DNA of 64,000 nucleotides from Callorhinchus milii (lineage: Eukaryota): positions 18,416,001 to 18,480,000 of the forward strand of contig NW_024704743.1 in the NCBI RefSeq assembly GCF_018977255.1. Reading direction: 5' to 3'. Below, piece by piece: positions 11,849 through 26,800 of the stretch; the first letter of the stretch is position 1, and each line of letters begins with the position of its first letter. Under the pieces are notes generated by a model. It made no database searches, was not told the origin of the DNA, and worked only from the letters and a program-made list of their open reading frames with translations. Made by a program: the position numbers and the translations under genes.

Positions 11849-14800
11849 CCTTGCATTTGATATAGCACTTTTCACATCTTCTAGACGTTCCAAAGTGCTT
11901 CACAGGATATAAAGTGAATTGACTGTATATTTGGGGTGAAACTCAGCACAATTGTGCACAGCAGTGTCCCACAAACAGTCATGGATTGAACTGACCAATT
12001 TATTATTTCTTTTTTTGAGGGATTATTATCAGGTGTGTGGAGTAAGGAAACTTGCCCAAGGTTTTGCCCTGCCGGGAATCAAACTCAGGTCTCTCTCTTG
12101 TGAGACAAGTGTTCTACCCACTGAGCTACACGCCTCCACTTAGCTCCAGAGAAGATTACAGGATGGGTGCAGGGAAGGTTTTTTGCGTATTGGGGTGATG
12201 ACAGCTGTTTTTGGAGGGGTGGGTACAGTGCCAGTGGATAAGGAGTGGTTGATAATGTTGGCTAAAAGAGGGGCCAGAAGGTGGAGCTGGGAGGTAAGGA
12301 GAGGCGTGGAGATGGGGTTGAGGTAGCAGGTGGTGGGCTTCATTTTTTAGATGATGGAGGTGAGGGAAGAGTGGTAGACGGGTTCAAAGGTATGTAGAGA
12401 GGAATGGGTAGTTATACATCTGCTTACTTTCTGTAACAAGGAATAGTTAGACCCATCTTGTCTCAGGTCAAATATATTTTCTTTGTCCATGTTTTTTTCA
12501 ATGTGAACCTTTTCAACTCAGATATTTTGCTTAGCTAACTGAATAATTGTTGATTGTGCCATCTTTTGATGTTACAATGTCTAAAATGCAGAGCAAAGTT
12601 TATTATTATTATATTCTAACTGATGTCAGAAATCTTCTGCATTTTCTTTGGAACATTATACCCATACTTACCACAGGCTTCAGTTAGTAAAAGCCAGTGC
12701 TCTGTGCCCAGAGATAAATTTTATCATTCAGCAATTAGTTTCATAAGTATTTTCAAAGTTACTTTGGGAAACGTATTTCTGCCATAATGGGCACCAGTGA
12801 TATTCACAGTTATCTGAGCCAAATGTGTTCACCTACAGTTGTTATTTTATCATCAATTGCTACACCACATGAGCATTTTTAGCAAGTAATTTCTTCTTTT
12901 GTTTTATTTTCATTAGACACACATAACGAAGCAGGGTTCCCTTCTACTTGATACCATAATTGGAGTCCTGTTACTCAGTGGTTAGAGCACTAGCCTTGCA
13001 AGCGAGAGACCTGGGTTTGATTCCTGGCAGGCTGAAACCTTGGGCAAGTTTCCTTACTCTACACGCCTGATAATAATCCCTCAAGAAAAAAATAATAACA
13101 ATTTGGTCATTCAGTCCATTACTGTTTGTGGGACACTGTTGTATGCAATTGGCTGCTGCGTTTCGCCCACAAATATACAGTCAATTCACTTTACAGTATT
13201 TTCTGTGTAGCGCTTTGAGACGTCTAGAAGATATGAAAAGCGCTATATCAAATGCAAGGATTATTATTATTATTCTGTCTGGCACCAAGGATCGAGTATT
13301 TAGATTTTCTGCAAATGTCTTATCACAATACAAGCAATAGCTATTATCTAACACTATCATCTTAACAACACTTATTTTATCATCTGTGCAAAACACAGAG
13401 CAAACAATTCAACCCAAAGCATCTCTATTGTGATTAAATATCACAAATGACCTATTCTTTAGTTATTTAATTCTGGTTAATTAAATATTGATAAAACATG
13501 GAAGATAATTTTAATATGAATTAAACAATATTCATCATAATGGTTTGGTTGAATATCCAAATACAAGTACCTGTCCAAATATCCAAATACTGGTGAAATT
13601 GAAACTCTTTCAGAAAGGATGAATGGGAGTAAGTAACTAAGCTAGTGGGTGTATAATAATGGTTGAATTAATGAAATGCTATCTCCAGTTGTAGACGCTC
13701 CAGATAACCACCAACTGTGTTTAGAGACCAAATGATAATAGGATTGCTTAATGTGCCAGCCACAATTCATCTTCTGAACTTTTATTTGCAGCCTGCAAGA
13801 TGAAATACAACAACGGCAGGAAGCTGAAACCATGCTATCAGATTTCAGAGAGGTACAAAGATGTAATAATTATAAAGTTGAAAATATCACGCAGTTATTA
13901 ATTTAATAAAATGTCAATAATTCAAGTTGCAGACAGATTCCAATGATCAGGTGAGTCTTGGTGTAGCAGAGACATCTAGTGGAAAAGAAAAGGTTAAAAC
14001 CGGACACACCCATTTCCATTCGTTGGATTGGAAAGGAAGTATAGAAATATGTTTCACAGGAGAGGTTTGGGAGAAAAAGGTTGCCCTCTGCCAGCTGCGT
14101 CAGCTGTGTGACACACTTTCAGACGTCCTCTTGACATAAGAGGCGCATATAAATGTAAATTGTTTTTATCCATTCGAGCAATGAGGATGATCCCCGTTGT
14201 TAGAGCATTGGCCTATCAGCATTGATTAGTCAAGCTAATCCAGGGCTAGGGCTCTTCAGGCTTGAGAGAAGAAGACTCAGAGGGGACCTCATAGAGGTGT
14301 ATAAAATCTAAGTGGGATCAAAAAAGTAAACCCAGATCAATACTTTAGGATGCACAATAGAAGACAATAGAAATCAAGTACATATGTTTAGAGTTGTAAA
14401 GGACAATTTCAGGACAGATACCAGGAAGCTTTTCTTCACTCAGAGGGTTATTAACAACTGAAACATGTTACCAGGAAGGGTGGCTGAGGCCAGGTCACTG
14501 GAGTCATTTAAAAAGTAGCTTGTTGCTGTGATGGGCAACGGTAGGGTCAGTGTCGTTAGAAATTAGGAGATTTTGGGATGACCAAAATTGACCTCTTCAA
14601 ACTTTTGAAGAAGATTGACAAAGATGACAGATAGTTGTTTACATGTTAAAGTTTAGGAAGTTCGGAGTGAGGAGGAAAGTCAGCAGAACCTTTTTAAACC
14701 CAGAAAAGATTAGATTTGTCGACAAAGTTATCAGAGAAGGTGATTGCATCAAATAGTACAAATGGGTTCCAGAGGCCACCTGATGCTTCTTTTTTGGAGA

Positions 14801-17800
14801 GAGTGGGTTTGGTGGATGTGATGATAAAATAAAAATGTGGGATTGCAAATAATCAAAAGAGGTTTGGTTCATTGAGTCGAATGGCCTTTTTCTGATCTTA
14901 AAACTTCATTATGTGCTATGTCTCAGTGGGGACATAAAATGTTGAGATTTGAGGTACCTGAGGTGAAATTGGCTACAACAACAACAACAACAAGATTCCA
15001 TTTATTGAGCGCCTTTCACGTCGGGAGGACGTCCCAAGGCGCTGTACAGTTGGGTCAGGACCCGAGCAAGGGGGAAATGGTCAGGGTGCGGGGAGGGAAG
15101 GGAGGGAGCGAGGAGGGGGTAGAGAGTCGAGAGGGAAGCTGAAGGCACTTTTCATTCATGAGGCCAAAGTATCGGACTGATTTGTGGTTCAATTTCTTGT
15201 CTGATTCCTGGCTATTCTAATTCTTCTATAGTATATAAAAAATGTTTTCTTTTTAGCTTTTTATTTTCTTTATATTCCAAGTGGTAAATGTGAAGCAATG
15301 CTCACTACAGACCTCTTGGCAAATGCCATCATTTCCAGTCCAAAATTAGCCAACCAGTTCAGTCAAGCAATTCTAACTGCACAATGCCAGTTTTTCCACT
15401 CTTGTTGACATTAATGATCTTGCCTTCATGTAGCACTTGGCTACAAATTTCAGTCACTTTGAGACGTCGAAAGGGGCTATACCAAATATAAGGGTCAATT
15501 ATTACTCCTGATATGTTTCAGTACTAGAGCAAAACAGACACAAAATTTACAAAACTCAAACCAATTTAGACAGTCTAATATTGACTGCTAGAGCACCCTG
15601 GGAATCACACCTCAACATTCACACTTAGAGTAAAGATTTCATCTGTAAAAGCTTCTTACTGTCCAAAGTGCTGAACGCTTGAAAGTCTTGGACCAGCTAT
15701 CTTTAGCAATGCCAATTTTACTTTATGAGATTGGTAGGCCAAAAAGGATATAATGCAAAATCTGTTTTAAGCGAAACATTGCAGCTTTTTTTTCCTTGTT
15801 TGTGTTCCCATTTCTCATTCAATGGGTTCAATTTAGCGATATATTTGATGCTTATCCCAATGAATGTACCAGATGTACATGTCGCAGACTCGCACAATCT
15901 TGGCTAGGAACACGATCTTATCAGGAAGTCCTTTGCCAGTGGCCACACAGCAGTGATGCTGTGAGAGCACTTATCAGATACACTCCATTGTGTGGGTAAA
16001 GCGAGTTGGCACTGTGGTGGGTTTAGCTGTCTCTGCCAGGTATCTCTATGGAGTGGCATGACAGACTGAGATTCTATCTGAGACATATTTTTCAGCCTCA
16101 AGATTGAAAGTACCATAAAGCTCAGTGAGTGAAGTCTAAACACTGGTCTAAATCAGGGAAACAGTTGTTTGCCATGGAATGCAGCCATGCCGAATGCAGC
16201 AAGCTCTAGTATTAAAAATGAAATTGAATGGATGCCTTTGTGTAGCTGAAAAATAGCCGGGATTAGTGCAGTTGGTTTAGCGGCAGCAACATGATCATGC
16301 CATTAATGAGGAAGTGACATGGGAAAGTTGGGAATATTTTTTGTGCTGATGCAATATAATATACATTCCTGCCGCATATTCTTTCCAGGATAATCTAGCA
16401 GGTTTGAGTGCGACTGTTACTTTAGCCTGGGTCAAAATTGCTCTGCAACATACACTTTTGTGTGACTGGAGCATCAAATGCGTTGGATTGCAATAACAAA
16501 GAATATGCAGCGCGATCTATATTGCACAGTATCCGCTTGAAAAAAAATTCTTTGTCAGTTCCTCACCAATGGCATGACCTTTTTCCCACATATTGTTATG
16601 TAATAATTGTGTTTATTACTTGTACAATAGCTTTTGTAGCCTTGTTGTGAAAGATTATACTCTATGCAGTTGGCAGAATCATTGTTGCCATGTAAAAATA
16701 TAACTTACAATAATCATCCTTGCATTTGATATAGTGCCTTTCATTTCAAAACACTTTACGGGATATACTGTAGTGACTGTATATTTTGTGGGCCAAATAA
16801 TTTGCGCACAGCAATGTCCCAAAAAAAGCCATGAAGTGATGAACAATTGTTTGGGGGAATGGTGGCCAAGACATCAGGAGAAACTCCCTTCTGTTTTTGA
16901 TTAGTGCTATGGGATCTTTAACATCCGCCTGAAAAGGCAGATGTGACCTTATATAACATCTTATTGGAAAAATGTTACTTCCAACAATATAGCACTCCCC
17001 CAGGACTGCACCGGGATGTCAGCCTAGAGTATTCAGTGAGCAAGTTTTGAATTTATTGTCATTCATCTCATGGTTCTTTGTGGGATCTTGGTATGTGCAA
17101 AATGACTACCATGTTTGCCTATAAAAAATAACTATAACAACAACGACTTGCATTTATCAAGCGCCCTTCACGTGTGGTAGCGTCTCAGAGTGCTTTAAGT
17201 AAATAATCATTTACTTGACAGTAATTACTATAAAATGATGGTTCAACATGATGCAGCACTATAAAAATGCAAATTTTTTCTTTCTTGCTTGCTTGCCTTG
17301 TAGTTTTAATACACAATATCATTCCCTTTCACAAGCAATCTTTTAAACAGTTTTCTCTACTCTTAGACAATCTTAATTCAATTTATTTACGGCTGGCTGT
17401 ACCTTTCAAGAGCTTTGAGATATCCTCCTGACTTGAAAGGCGCTCTATAAATGTAAATTGTATTGTATTTACAGATGATCAGAGAATCTTGCGGTTATTC
17501 TGGTATGTTCACTATGTTTGAACCAAATCTTTTGAAGTCTGCCTAGTTATAATGAGAAATGCCTTTGAAACAATAATCTTGAAGATTTGTTGCACTTAGT
17601 TAACAGAACAGTTTAATACCAACAGTTTGTTCCCTCGCATTCTTGATCTATTCATACACTTGTAATCTGTACCCAGGAATTCAAAACATCTGTCTTCATC
17701 CTCGCTTGTGTAAATATTTCATGTCTGGTCTGCTTCATTGGTGCACAAATCCCCGTACTAAATTGGACACAAAGTCTATTTATGTTCCAACTTCATTCTT

Positions 17801-20800
17801 GAGAATATTAGTTCAAAAGCAAATATCAACTCAGAAGTGAGAGTGCTGCTAACTTCTCAAGAGTCATTTATAAGAACACTTAACAACCTCTCTTTGTCAA
17901 TCAGGAGCTGAAAGCAAAATTTGGATCTTTAATATTTGTTAGTCTAATAATCAAACAACTAGTGATGAGGAGTCCTATCAACAAAACTTCACACAGTGTT
18001 TCTTTCCCCCACCGAACATTCTCCCTGAAAATGTCACCTAGAACCCTTGAATACAGAAATCGATAGATCTCTGTTAGGTGTCAGGCTGGCTCAGTTAGTA
18101 GCCCTCGCCTCTTGAGTCTGAGAAGGTTATGGGTTCAAGTCCCAAATTGGAACTGTGGACTCACACTCCAGGTTAACACTCTAATACAGTCCTGAGGAGC
18201 ACTGCATTGTTGGTGATGCAGTCTTTTGGATGAGACATTAAACCAAAGTCCCACCTTCCAGTTCATGTGGACGTTAAGAATTCCATGGCACTATTCAAAA
18301 AGAGAAAAGAGTTTATTTCAGTATCCTGGCTAACGATCCTCCAGATAAAATTGGTCATTCACTTCATGACCAGTTGTGCAATACACAAATTGGCCTGTGT
18401 TTGTCTAAACGCTTTGGGACGCTACCCTGCTTGAGGGGCACTATGTAAATGCAAGTTGTTAACTACTAATACAAAATCAATACTCTTTATAATAAATCTT
18501 GTTAATTATTTCAAAATGATTTGTTGACGTGATAAGGCAATATATCAAATGCACAAATTATTATTAATTTATTATTAACTGAGTGTGTTTTTCTCTAAGC
18601 TTTTATGTACTCCTTTTGAACTGTAGAAATTTACAGCAGAAAAGAAGGCCATTTGTCCCATCATGTCTTTGTTGGCTCTTTTAAGAGCAATCCTCTTAAT
18701 CCCATTTACCTGCATTTCTCCATTCCCTGTAGCTTACTCCTTTTTAGCTTCAGTATTTATCTAGTTCCCATTTGAAAGTTAAAAGATTTTGCCTTAGCTC
18801 GTGTTCCTGGCAGGGCATCCCATGTTGTAACATGAACAATCTTTCCTAACTTCCCTATTTTCTTGTTTATTAACTATCTTAAATTGATGCCCTCTAGTCA
18901 CTAATTCACTAATCAATGGAACAAATTCTCCCCATTGATTCTATCAAATCCACTCATAATTTTAAAAACCTCTATCAGATACCCCTAAACCTTTTTTGTT
19001 CCCATGGAAAATGTCCCAGTTCTTTCAGTCTCTGATCAGAGGCCAACCCACTCATCCACGGTACTACCCTAGTAAATCTCCTCTCCAGCCCTCCTAACAC
19101 CTTGACATCCTTCTTAAAGTGAGGTGAGCAATACTGAACAGAATATTCCAACTGAGGTCTAAATATCGATGTTTAAAGCCTCTTTGGTTTTATATTCCAT
19201 ACCTTCTATTTATAAAAGCTAAGACTCCATTTGCTTTCTTGACAGCTTTGTCCACCTGGCTTCCCACCCTAAGGATTTCTGTACATTTCCCAGTGATTAC
19301 CTGGACTATAATTGCCTCTGCGTGCCCTGTGCTGTCATTTAATGTACAAAACCAAATGATGGCTGATTGTTCAAAACCTCTGATTGCATTCAATAGTGAT
19401 TCATAGTAATTTCCACGATGAATCATTGCAATCTGGAATTTAAGAATTGTTGTAATTACAAACATGTGACAAGTAGTTGCTACTTTTAACAATCAGCACA
19501 TGGTAAATCCCAACATGTTCCATTTAAATCAATGTGTTTAAAAACATCTCTAACAACTGCTCATCTGGTTGTAAAGGTGCAATATTCTATTTGCTGTCAA
19601 CAAGCTGTTCCTTTAAATTAGTTAAGTATGATTCTGATTGTTGAATTATCGTTCAAGTTAGCACTTCAACACGTCCATCGACTCATGACATTGTAATCTC
19701 TTTGATTGCAAATAGCCTCTTTTGAATTGTTATGTGATTTTCCATTTGACTGATCTCTTTGCCAACATCCACTTCCCCAGGAAATGTTCAAACAAAGAGA
19801 ATTTGGATTCTATAAAATTTCCAAACGGGTCAAGGTTTTAATCACTGGAAGCAAACATGCTCCTTGAAGTAGCATTTACTACTTATTAATTCAGCCCCAC
19901 ATTGGACCTTTGAGCTCACAGTGTAGATTGGCACTTGAGTGCAGGGCTGCAGAGCGCTGTAATTGTCGGAGGTGCCGTCCTTCAGATGAGACATTAAACC
20001 AAGGTCCTATCTGCCTGTTCAGGTGGATTAAGACCTCCGAGACCCTACCCCACGTGAAGGGTGCTGTATAAATCCAAGTTGTCGTTGTTGTTGGATGTTA
20101 AAGATTCCATGACACCATTTGAAAGGAGAAGGAAGTTTCTCCTGGTGTCCTGGCCAATAATCCTCCAGCTAAATAAATTGATTGTTCACGTCATGGGTTC
20201 ATCAGTGAGCCATTGCTGTGCGCAAATTGGCTGCTGAGGTTGGCTACAAATACACAGTTTATATTAAATCCTGTGAAGACGTTTGAGAAAATCTTCTGAC
20301 ATAAAATATGCTATGTCAATTGTAAGGATTAAAATTTACTGCTGTAATTTTTTCAAAAAGAAAACAGGAAATCTAAATCTAGTTTTTGTGATATTATTAC
20401 ACAGCAGCGGACAGACAGAATCAGTCTTAACAGAGTAGAGTGTTATATTTCTGTACTTAATGATGTTGTGGCTTCATTAAGTAGGAGGCGTTGCCTTCAA
20501 TAAAGGCTAAAAATAAAATATTGCAATGTAATCCCAACTCCTTTTGAGGGTATCCTCCACTTTTTTCTCTCTCTCTGAATCTTTAACTGAGTCTCTAGCT
20601 TTCTATTTCCTCCCCTTTGATGACTTTCTATCTCTATGCCTATCTCTTTCTCTAACTCTAATCCTACACTATATACAAGTATAAACACTTGTCTGCATCC
20701 ATGTGAGGTTTTGAAGGACAAGATTTAGCTACACGGTGTGAGTGATTCACATCCCTAGTAACCTCACACGTATGTGAGCAACTTCACAAACGGACATGGA

Positions 20801-23800
20801 GAACAGGACTTAATGAGATTGGAAAGGTAGAGAGGGATAATGATGAGATTTGAAGATCATAGATGAAGTTCTTGAAGTCTATCAACAGGGTACTACAGCA
20901 ATGGTAATTGGCATTGTATAGCTGCTTCCACGTAGCATAGTGTCTTGGAACATTTCACAAAAATGGGGGTCAAACACCTGAGTGAGAGAGAAGGGGAATG
21001 TGACCATTGGCACGGTCAAAGAGGTGGTCCACTAGGAGCCAGAGTATCTGGTGAAGATGATGGTAATGGGTATGCAGAGTCTGTTGTATGAAGAAATATG
21101 AACCATAGATATCTGTGTCCTCCTGCCTTTCAAATAATGGACGGATACAGCGCTCAGTTATTAGGTTCCTATCCTTTACTACAAAATTATGACCGTTTGA
21201 AACATTGCAATAATTTAAGGCAAGGGAAGTAAAAGATTGATATGATTCTGTACAGTTTCTAAATTTGTGCTGTCCAGAGCTTAATCATAGCCTGTGGGTT
21301 TCCTGAAAAAATAGGAACACAGCTGGATAGGGAAAGGACAGGACCAGAAATGACTGTACTTTTGGCCAACGCCCTCAAATATGTCCTGTGAGCCATCCTG
21401 CCTACATGAAAGGCGCTATCCCAAATGAAGGATAATTATCCCCATTATCTTTGTAAGATATTTTGGGTTGTTCATTCTTCATGAAGGGCATTATATAAAA
21501 GTGTTGTAATAATTACATACTACCAAAAATAAATTGCATTTATATAGAGCCCTTCAAGTCGAATAGCATCTTGGAGGTTTGCAACCTCCTGAATTGCATT
21601 TTGATTTTAATTCTCATTCAAAGTCTCATTCAAAATGAAAGACTTCTTTACTTTTTCTGTTCAATAAATCAAGAATTCATACATGGTAGCAATGGGCTAT
21701 AATTGTCTTACAGCAACTCAATTTAACCACATAACGAGCTACTAGCAATACTATGAGTTGCTGATGTGGCTCAGCTAACGGAGTGTTAAACCTATGCTTC
21801 GCATCTGGCAGCCATGTGTTCCCTTTGCAGCGATAACTTTTGGATTTTGTTGCTCTGAAAACTGATTTGAAGTTTGAATGATTTTATATCACAACTCTGC
21901 CTTTAAAACAAGTATCAATTGCAACTGTGAGAGCTAATTCTTGCCAGTTTATGAGATATGCCAAGATTGATTGAGGAGTGATGATGATGGTAAATGCCAG
22001 TAGACTGAACTACCCCAGTCTCCCAACTAAGGGGAAACGGGTGAATGAAATTGCACATAAATGGGAAAAACGACTATAACAAAATAAGTTTCAAATGTAT
22101 GACAAGTAATGTGTTTTTTCCAGTTAATGTGGGGATGGGTGAAGAATGTTTCTCCTAATGATTTTTGTTAACTTTAAGGAAGAAAGTGTGCAGTAATTTC
22201 TAGCTGCCTTTGGCTTGCAGGGCTAATAGGAACCGAATGGGAAGAATCTTTGTTTTGTCAAAGTCCTGTCAATGAGTCTGGCTTGCTGGTCTGTCATCAG
22301 CAGTGCCCTGGAGTAACCTGGGCCTAACTGACTCAGGAACTAGATGACTGAGACCGCCATAGAGGATTGACCCGATTCCAACATTCTGTTGCCAAGCACA
22401 TCACTGTAGAATCTACTCAGCTCAAAGGAGACCGTGCTTACCTTTCCCCCAAGGAGACCAACAACAGTGAATTGGGTGAACTAATCATCAAATTCACAAT
22501 ACAACAATTTAGTAATTTTGCTTTTTTGAATGAAATTGATTGTTGTCATTACAGCAGATGATGTTGTTGTCCTCAATGGATTACAATTGATAAAATGAAC
22601 AAATGTCTTCCAAAAATTAATGTTTTGAATTATCTGTGTGTAGGATGTGGACGAAGCTGCTCTATCCTGTGTAGATCTGCAACGTAAAGTTGACTCATTG
22701 CAGGAAGACATTGCCTTCTTAAAGAAACTCCATGAAGAAGTAAGCATTCATTGCCATTTACATTTTGAAATCTCTAAACGGCTTAGTAGATAAATGCACC
22801 ACATAATTTCATGCAGATCCAAACATTCACTATGAATAATCATATTGACCACATGGGTGAGGTATGCCCTCAGAAACAAACAATACCATGAAAACTGTGC
22901 CACAGTCACTACACTTTACAATAACATCCCATGATGTTGTTTGAGATGTCTCAATGATGTGATATGACTCATACCAAGTGCAAAGATTATTGTTTTTATG
23001 ATTATTATTACTGTTATAAGAGACAAACTAGAGTTATGTCAATGTATCTATTGAGTTATTTAACTGTGGGACTGGTTAGATGTACTTCAGTGGTCTTTTC
23101 TTGCTGTGTGCACTCCTATAAATGCACATCTGACATCTCCTAAAGTTGTTGCTACAAAAGCCAGAAATGAGAGCAGAGCAAAACATTGCAAAAGTGAATA
23201 TATAATGACTTAGATTGATCTTACTTTTTCAGGAAATTCATGAACTTCAAGGTCAAGTCCAGAATAATCACATCCCGATTGAGATGACACTAGCTAAACC
23301 TGACTTGTCCGCAGCATTACGTGATGTTCGCTCTCAGTTTGAAAACCTTGCCGCAAAAAATGTTTATGAAACTGAGGAATGGTACAAGTCCAAGGTAATT
23401 TTCCTTATTATTTCATTGTTGTTTGAGGTAAAATTAGGTATCTTCCATTTGGTAGATATCTCATTTTGATGAGCATAAATCATCCGAAAATGAAGTAATG
23501 GCTTTGTAAGGCTGCTGTCTATTTTCAATCCAAGGTTCGAAGCTAGGTTTGTGCCAAATTACCTGATTTCAATACCAACCAACATTCCCCAGGTCTGGTG
23601 GGTTACCATCCAATCACCTCTGTTGGAAGGCATGCTGGAGACAACATGCTTGGTTCAACTGTGATGGCCCCCATGTCTGAATAGAGTTTTTTTCCCATTT
23701 CAAACACATGCTTTTGTTTAATCAGCTAGCCCATTGCCCTGCTTCAAGCATCCAAACTAGATAGAATTACATGTATGTATGCCATTTATGCATGTAGATT

Positions 23801-26800
23801 TTGCTGTACTGTTTACTGTTGCTCTCAAGGGATGCATCCTGCTTACCTAATTCCTGTAGTATTAGGCACAGGTTGGTGAGAGCCAAGACTTAGGGACCCC
23901 AGCGCGTGCATTTGGTAACTTCTGGACTAGCTAAAACCATACAGCTTGCAATTGAGAATTTCTCACTAGTTTGTCAGCTAGGACCACCAACCAATTAGGG
24001 CTTTGGCTTGCAGGTGTAACAACAATAACTTGCAATTATAATGTCCCTTCATGAGGACAACGTCTCGAAGCACTTAACAGTGAAGCCGAGTGGAAAGAAT
24101 CTTTGCTCCCAGTGATCTCACGTCATGCCAATGAACCAGTCTGCCTGGTTTATCATCAGCAGTGCCTTGGTGGACATCCCTAGCTCAGTAACTAGATGAC
24201 CAAGACAACCACAGAGGATTGACCTGATTCTATATTCCATTGGAAGACAAGTTACCATGCAGTCAGCTCAGCCCTAAGGGGAATAGTTGCTGGATACCTG
24301 ACAAGTGTCAGTTTGAGCCTTTGCTGGGTGGATGGCAGGTAACAGGAAGTTCTTGTGAGCCTCTTGGTAAGCAGCACAACCCAACATGAAATATTCAAAA
24401 GATGCCACGAAGTATGCATACAAATCAAAAAGGACTTTGAATTATGTACAAAGATCTTTGGAATGCACTTACTCAATGTTTTATGGAGACTGACAATTGT
24501 ATTAGTTGATTGTCGGATCACTTTTCCGGGGGTAATAATTTGTTCAAATTTTTTTTCCAAAAATGTTCACTTCAATCCAGAACTGCTTGTGGGACACTGT
24601 TGTGCGCAATTGGCTGCCACGTTTCGCCCACAAAATATAGTCAATTCACTTTACAGTATATTCTGTGAAGAGTTTTGAGACGTCTCGAAAACGTGATAAG
24701 ACACTATATCAAATTTAAGGATTATTATTATTATTGCACTATACTTAAAATGCTGATGCTAATCATGTCAAGTCTGATTCAGCTGATAGCACTCTCACTT
24801 CTGGGTTAGAATATGGTGCTTTCAAATCCCTATTGAGTTCATAGACTTGGCTGACATTCCATTGCCAGAGGTGCTGTCCTTTGGTTGAGATGTTAAGGGG
24901 GATGTTAAAGATCTCATGGCATGATTTCGAAAGAGAAGAGATTCCTCTGGTGTCTTGTGGCCAACAAACCTCCAGATAAAACTCAGTGTCATTCAATGAG
25001 ACGCTGCTGTGCATAAGTTGACTGCAACTGTTGCCTATAAATATGGATTCATTATACTTTATAGAAGTATTTGAGACATTTTTGGCAATAAATCAAATGC
25101 AACAATTATTATTATAATCTTAACTTCCAAGAACTTTGTTTCTTAATGGTTGAGTTTCTAAATCTATAAATTTCGTAAATGTTTATTGTCAGAGCTGAAA
25201 ACATATTCACATTCTGGCCCTTTAGGACACAAAAACACTTTTAAACACACACTTTGGCAATATCAATTTGCTTTATCTGTTAAACAAAATCCAAATTACA
25301 AATACACCTAATGAATAATAATTAGTTTAGAATCCTTGCATTTTTCCTTTCATTTAGTGCTCCGAAATGCTGCCCCACATGAAGGGCGCAATATAAATGC
25401 AAGTTGCTGTTTCATTTAACATCAAGAGAACATCTCAAAATGCTTTACAAGATTTACAATGTAATTTGTAGGCAAGCACACTGTTTAGAGAGACTCCAAG
25501 TTGTTATATAAAACAGGCAATATTTTATTTGTTTATAATAATAATAAACCTTGCATTTGATATAGCGCCATATCACGTCTGTTAGACGTCTCAAAGCGCT
25601 TCAAAGTATATTGTAAAGTGCATTGACTGTATTTGTGGGCGAAACTTGGCAGTCAATTGTTCACAGCAGTGTCCCACAAATAGTTGCGGATTGAAGTGAC
25701 CAATTTATTATTTTTTTATTATTACTATTATTATTATCAGGCGTGTGGAGTAAGGAAACTTGCCCAAGGTTTCGCCCTGCCGGGAATTGAACCCAGGTCT
25801 CTCGCTTGCGAGGCGAATGCTCTAACCACTGAGCTACAGGACTTCACTGTTTAGTGATCTGTATCTGTAATGTTACATGTGGATTTTTATATGCATTAAT
25901 TATAAGGAGCTTGGTAAAACGTGATGGCATCTCAAAGAAAAGTTCATGACTAATCTTGAGTTTAATACTAACTGGATATCAAAATGCTGGGATTTATGTT
26001 TTATGATTAATGCTTCACTGATTTTAAATTCACTGATAGGCAATTTGTCATTGCGTCCAGTAGTCTTACAATTCAGGGCAGAATGGCAGTAGGATCTATA
26101 TTTTCTACTGCAACTTTGCTGACTTTCAAATGACGGCTAATGTTTTATTACTGCTATTAAAGAACTGTGTACATAATGGGTTAAAGCAATTTTGCAATTG
26201 GCAGCAAAACAAAGCCAAATCGCATCAATTTCACTGTGCAGCCTCCTCTAGGAGATGCTTTCGCAAGCAAGGCTCCGTATAAAATCGATGCGTTTTAAAC
26301 CTGATCTACACTATATTCTGAAGCATGGTTCAAGGTGAAATCAGCTTCAGATCAAACGTAACTGTGGAGCATAAATGGGATATTTAGTTTCACCTACTAA
26401 GCCTCCTAGTCAGGTTCAAAACTCAGAAGGTTTGCTTTTATATTTTATTTTGCTCTATAATGTCAGACTGAAGCAAACACCATACATTTTGATATTTTTC
26501 CAATAACCCTAAACCGGTGTTTTTAATTAGAATGTGGTTAGTGCTGAACATTTGGAACATTATGTGCAGTTTTGGGCACTTAAGTTTCAAAGAAACATTC
26601 ATGCATTGGCAATGATTTAGGGAAGAATGATGAAGCTTAGGCCTGTAAGTCATGAAAAGAGAATTGTGGAACTGCATTATTTTCGCTGGTAAAAACAAAG
26701 TTTAAGAAGAGACATGGTTTTAAGATTTTGAAAGGAATGCTTGATGTAATTACAAACAGGCTAGTTAATATAAACTGAGCCCAGAACTACAGAAATCGAT

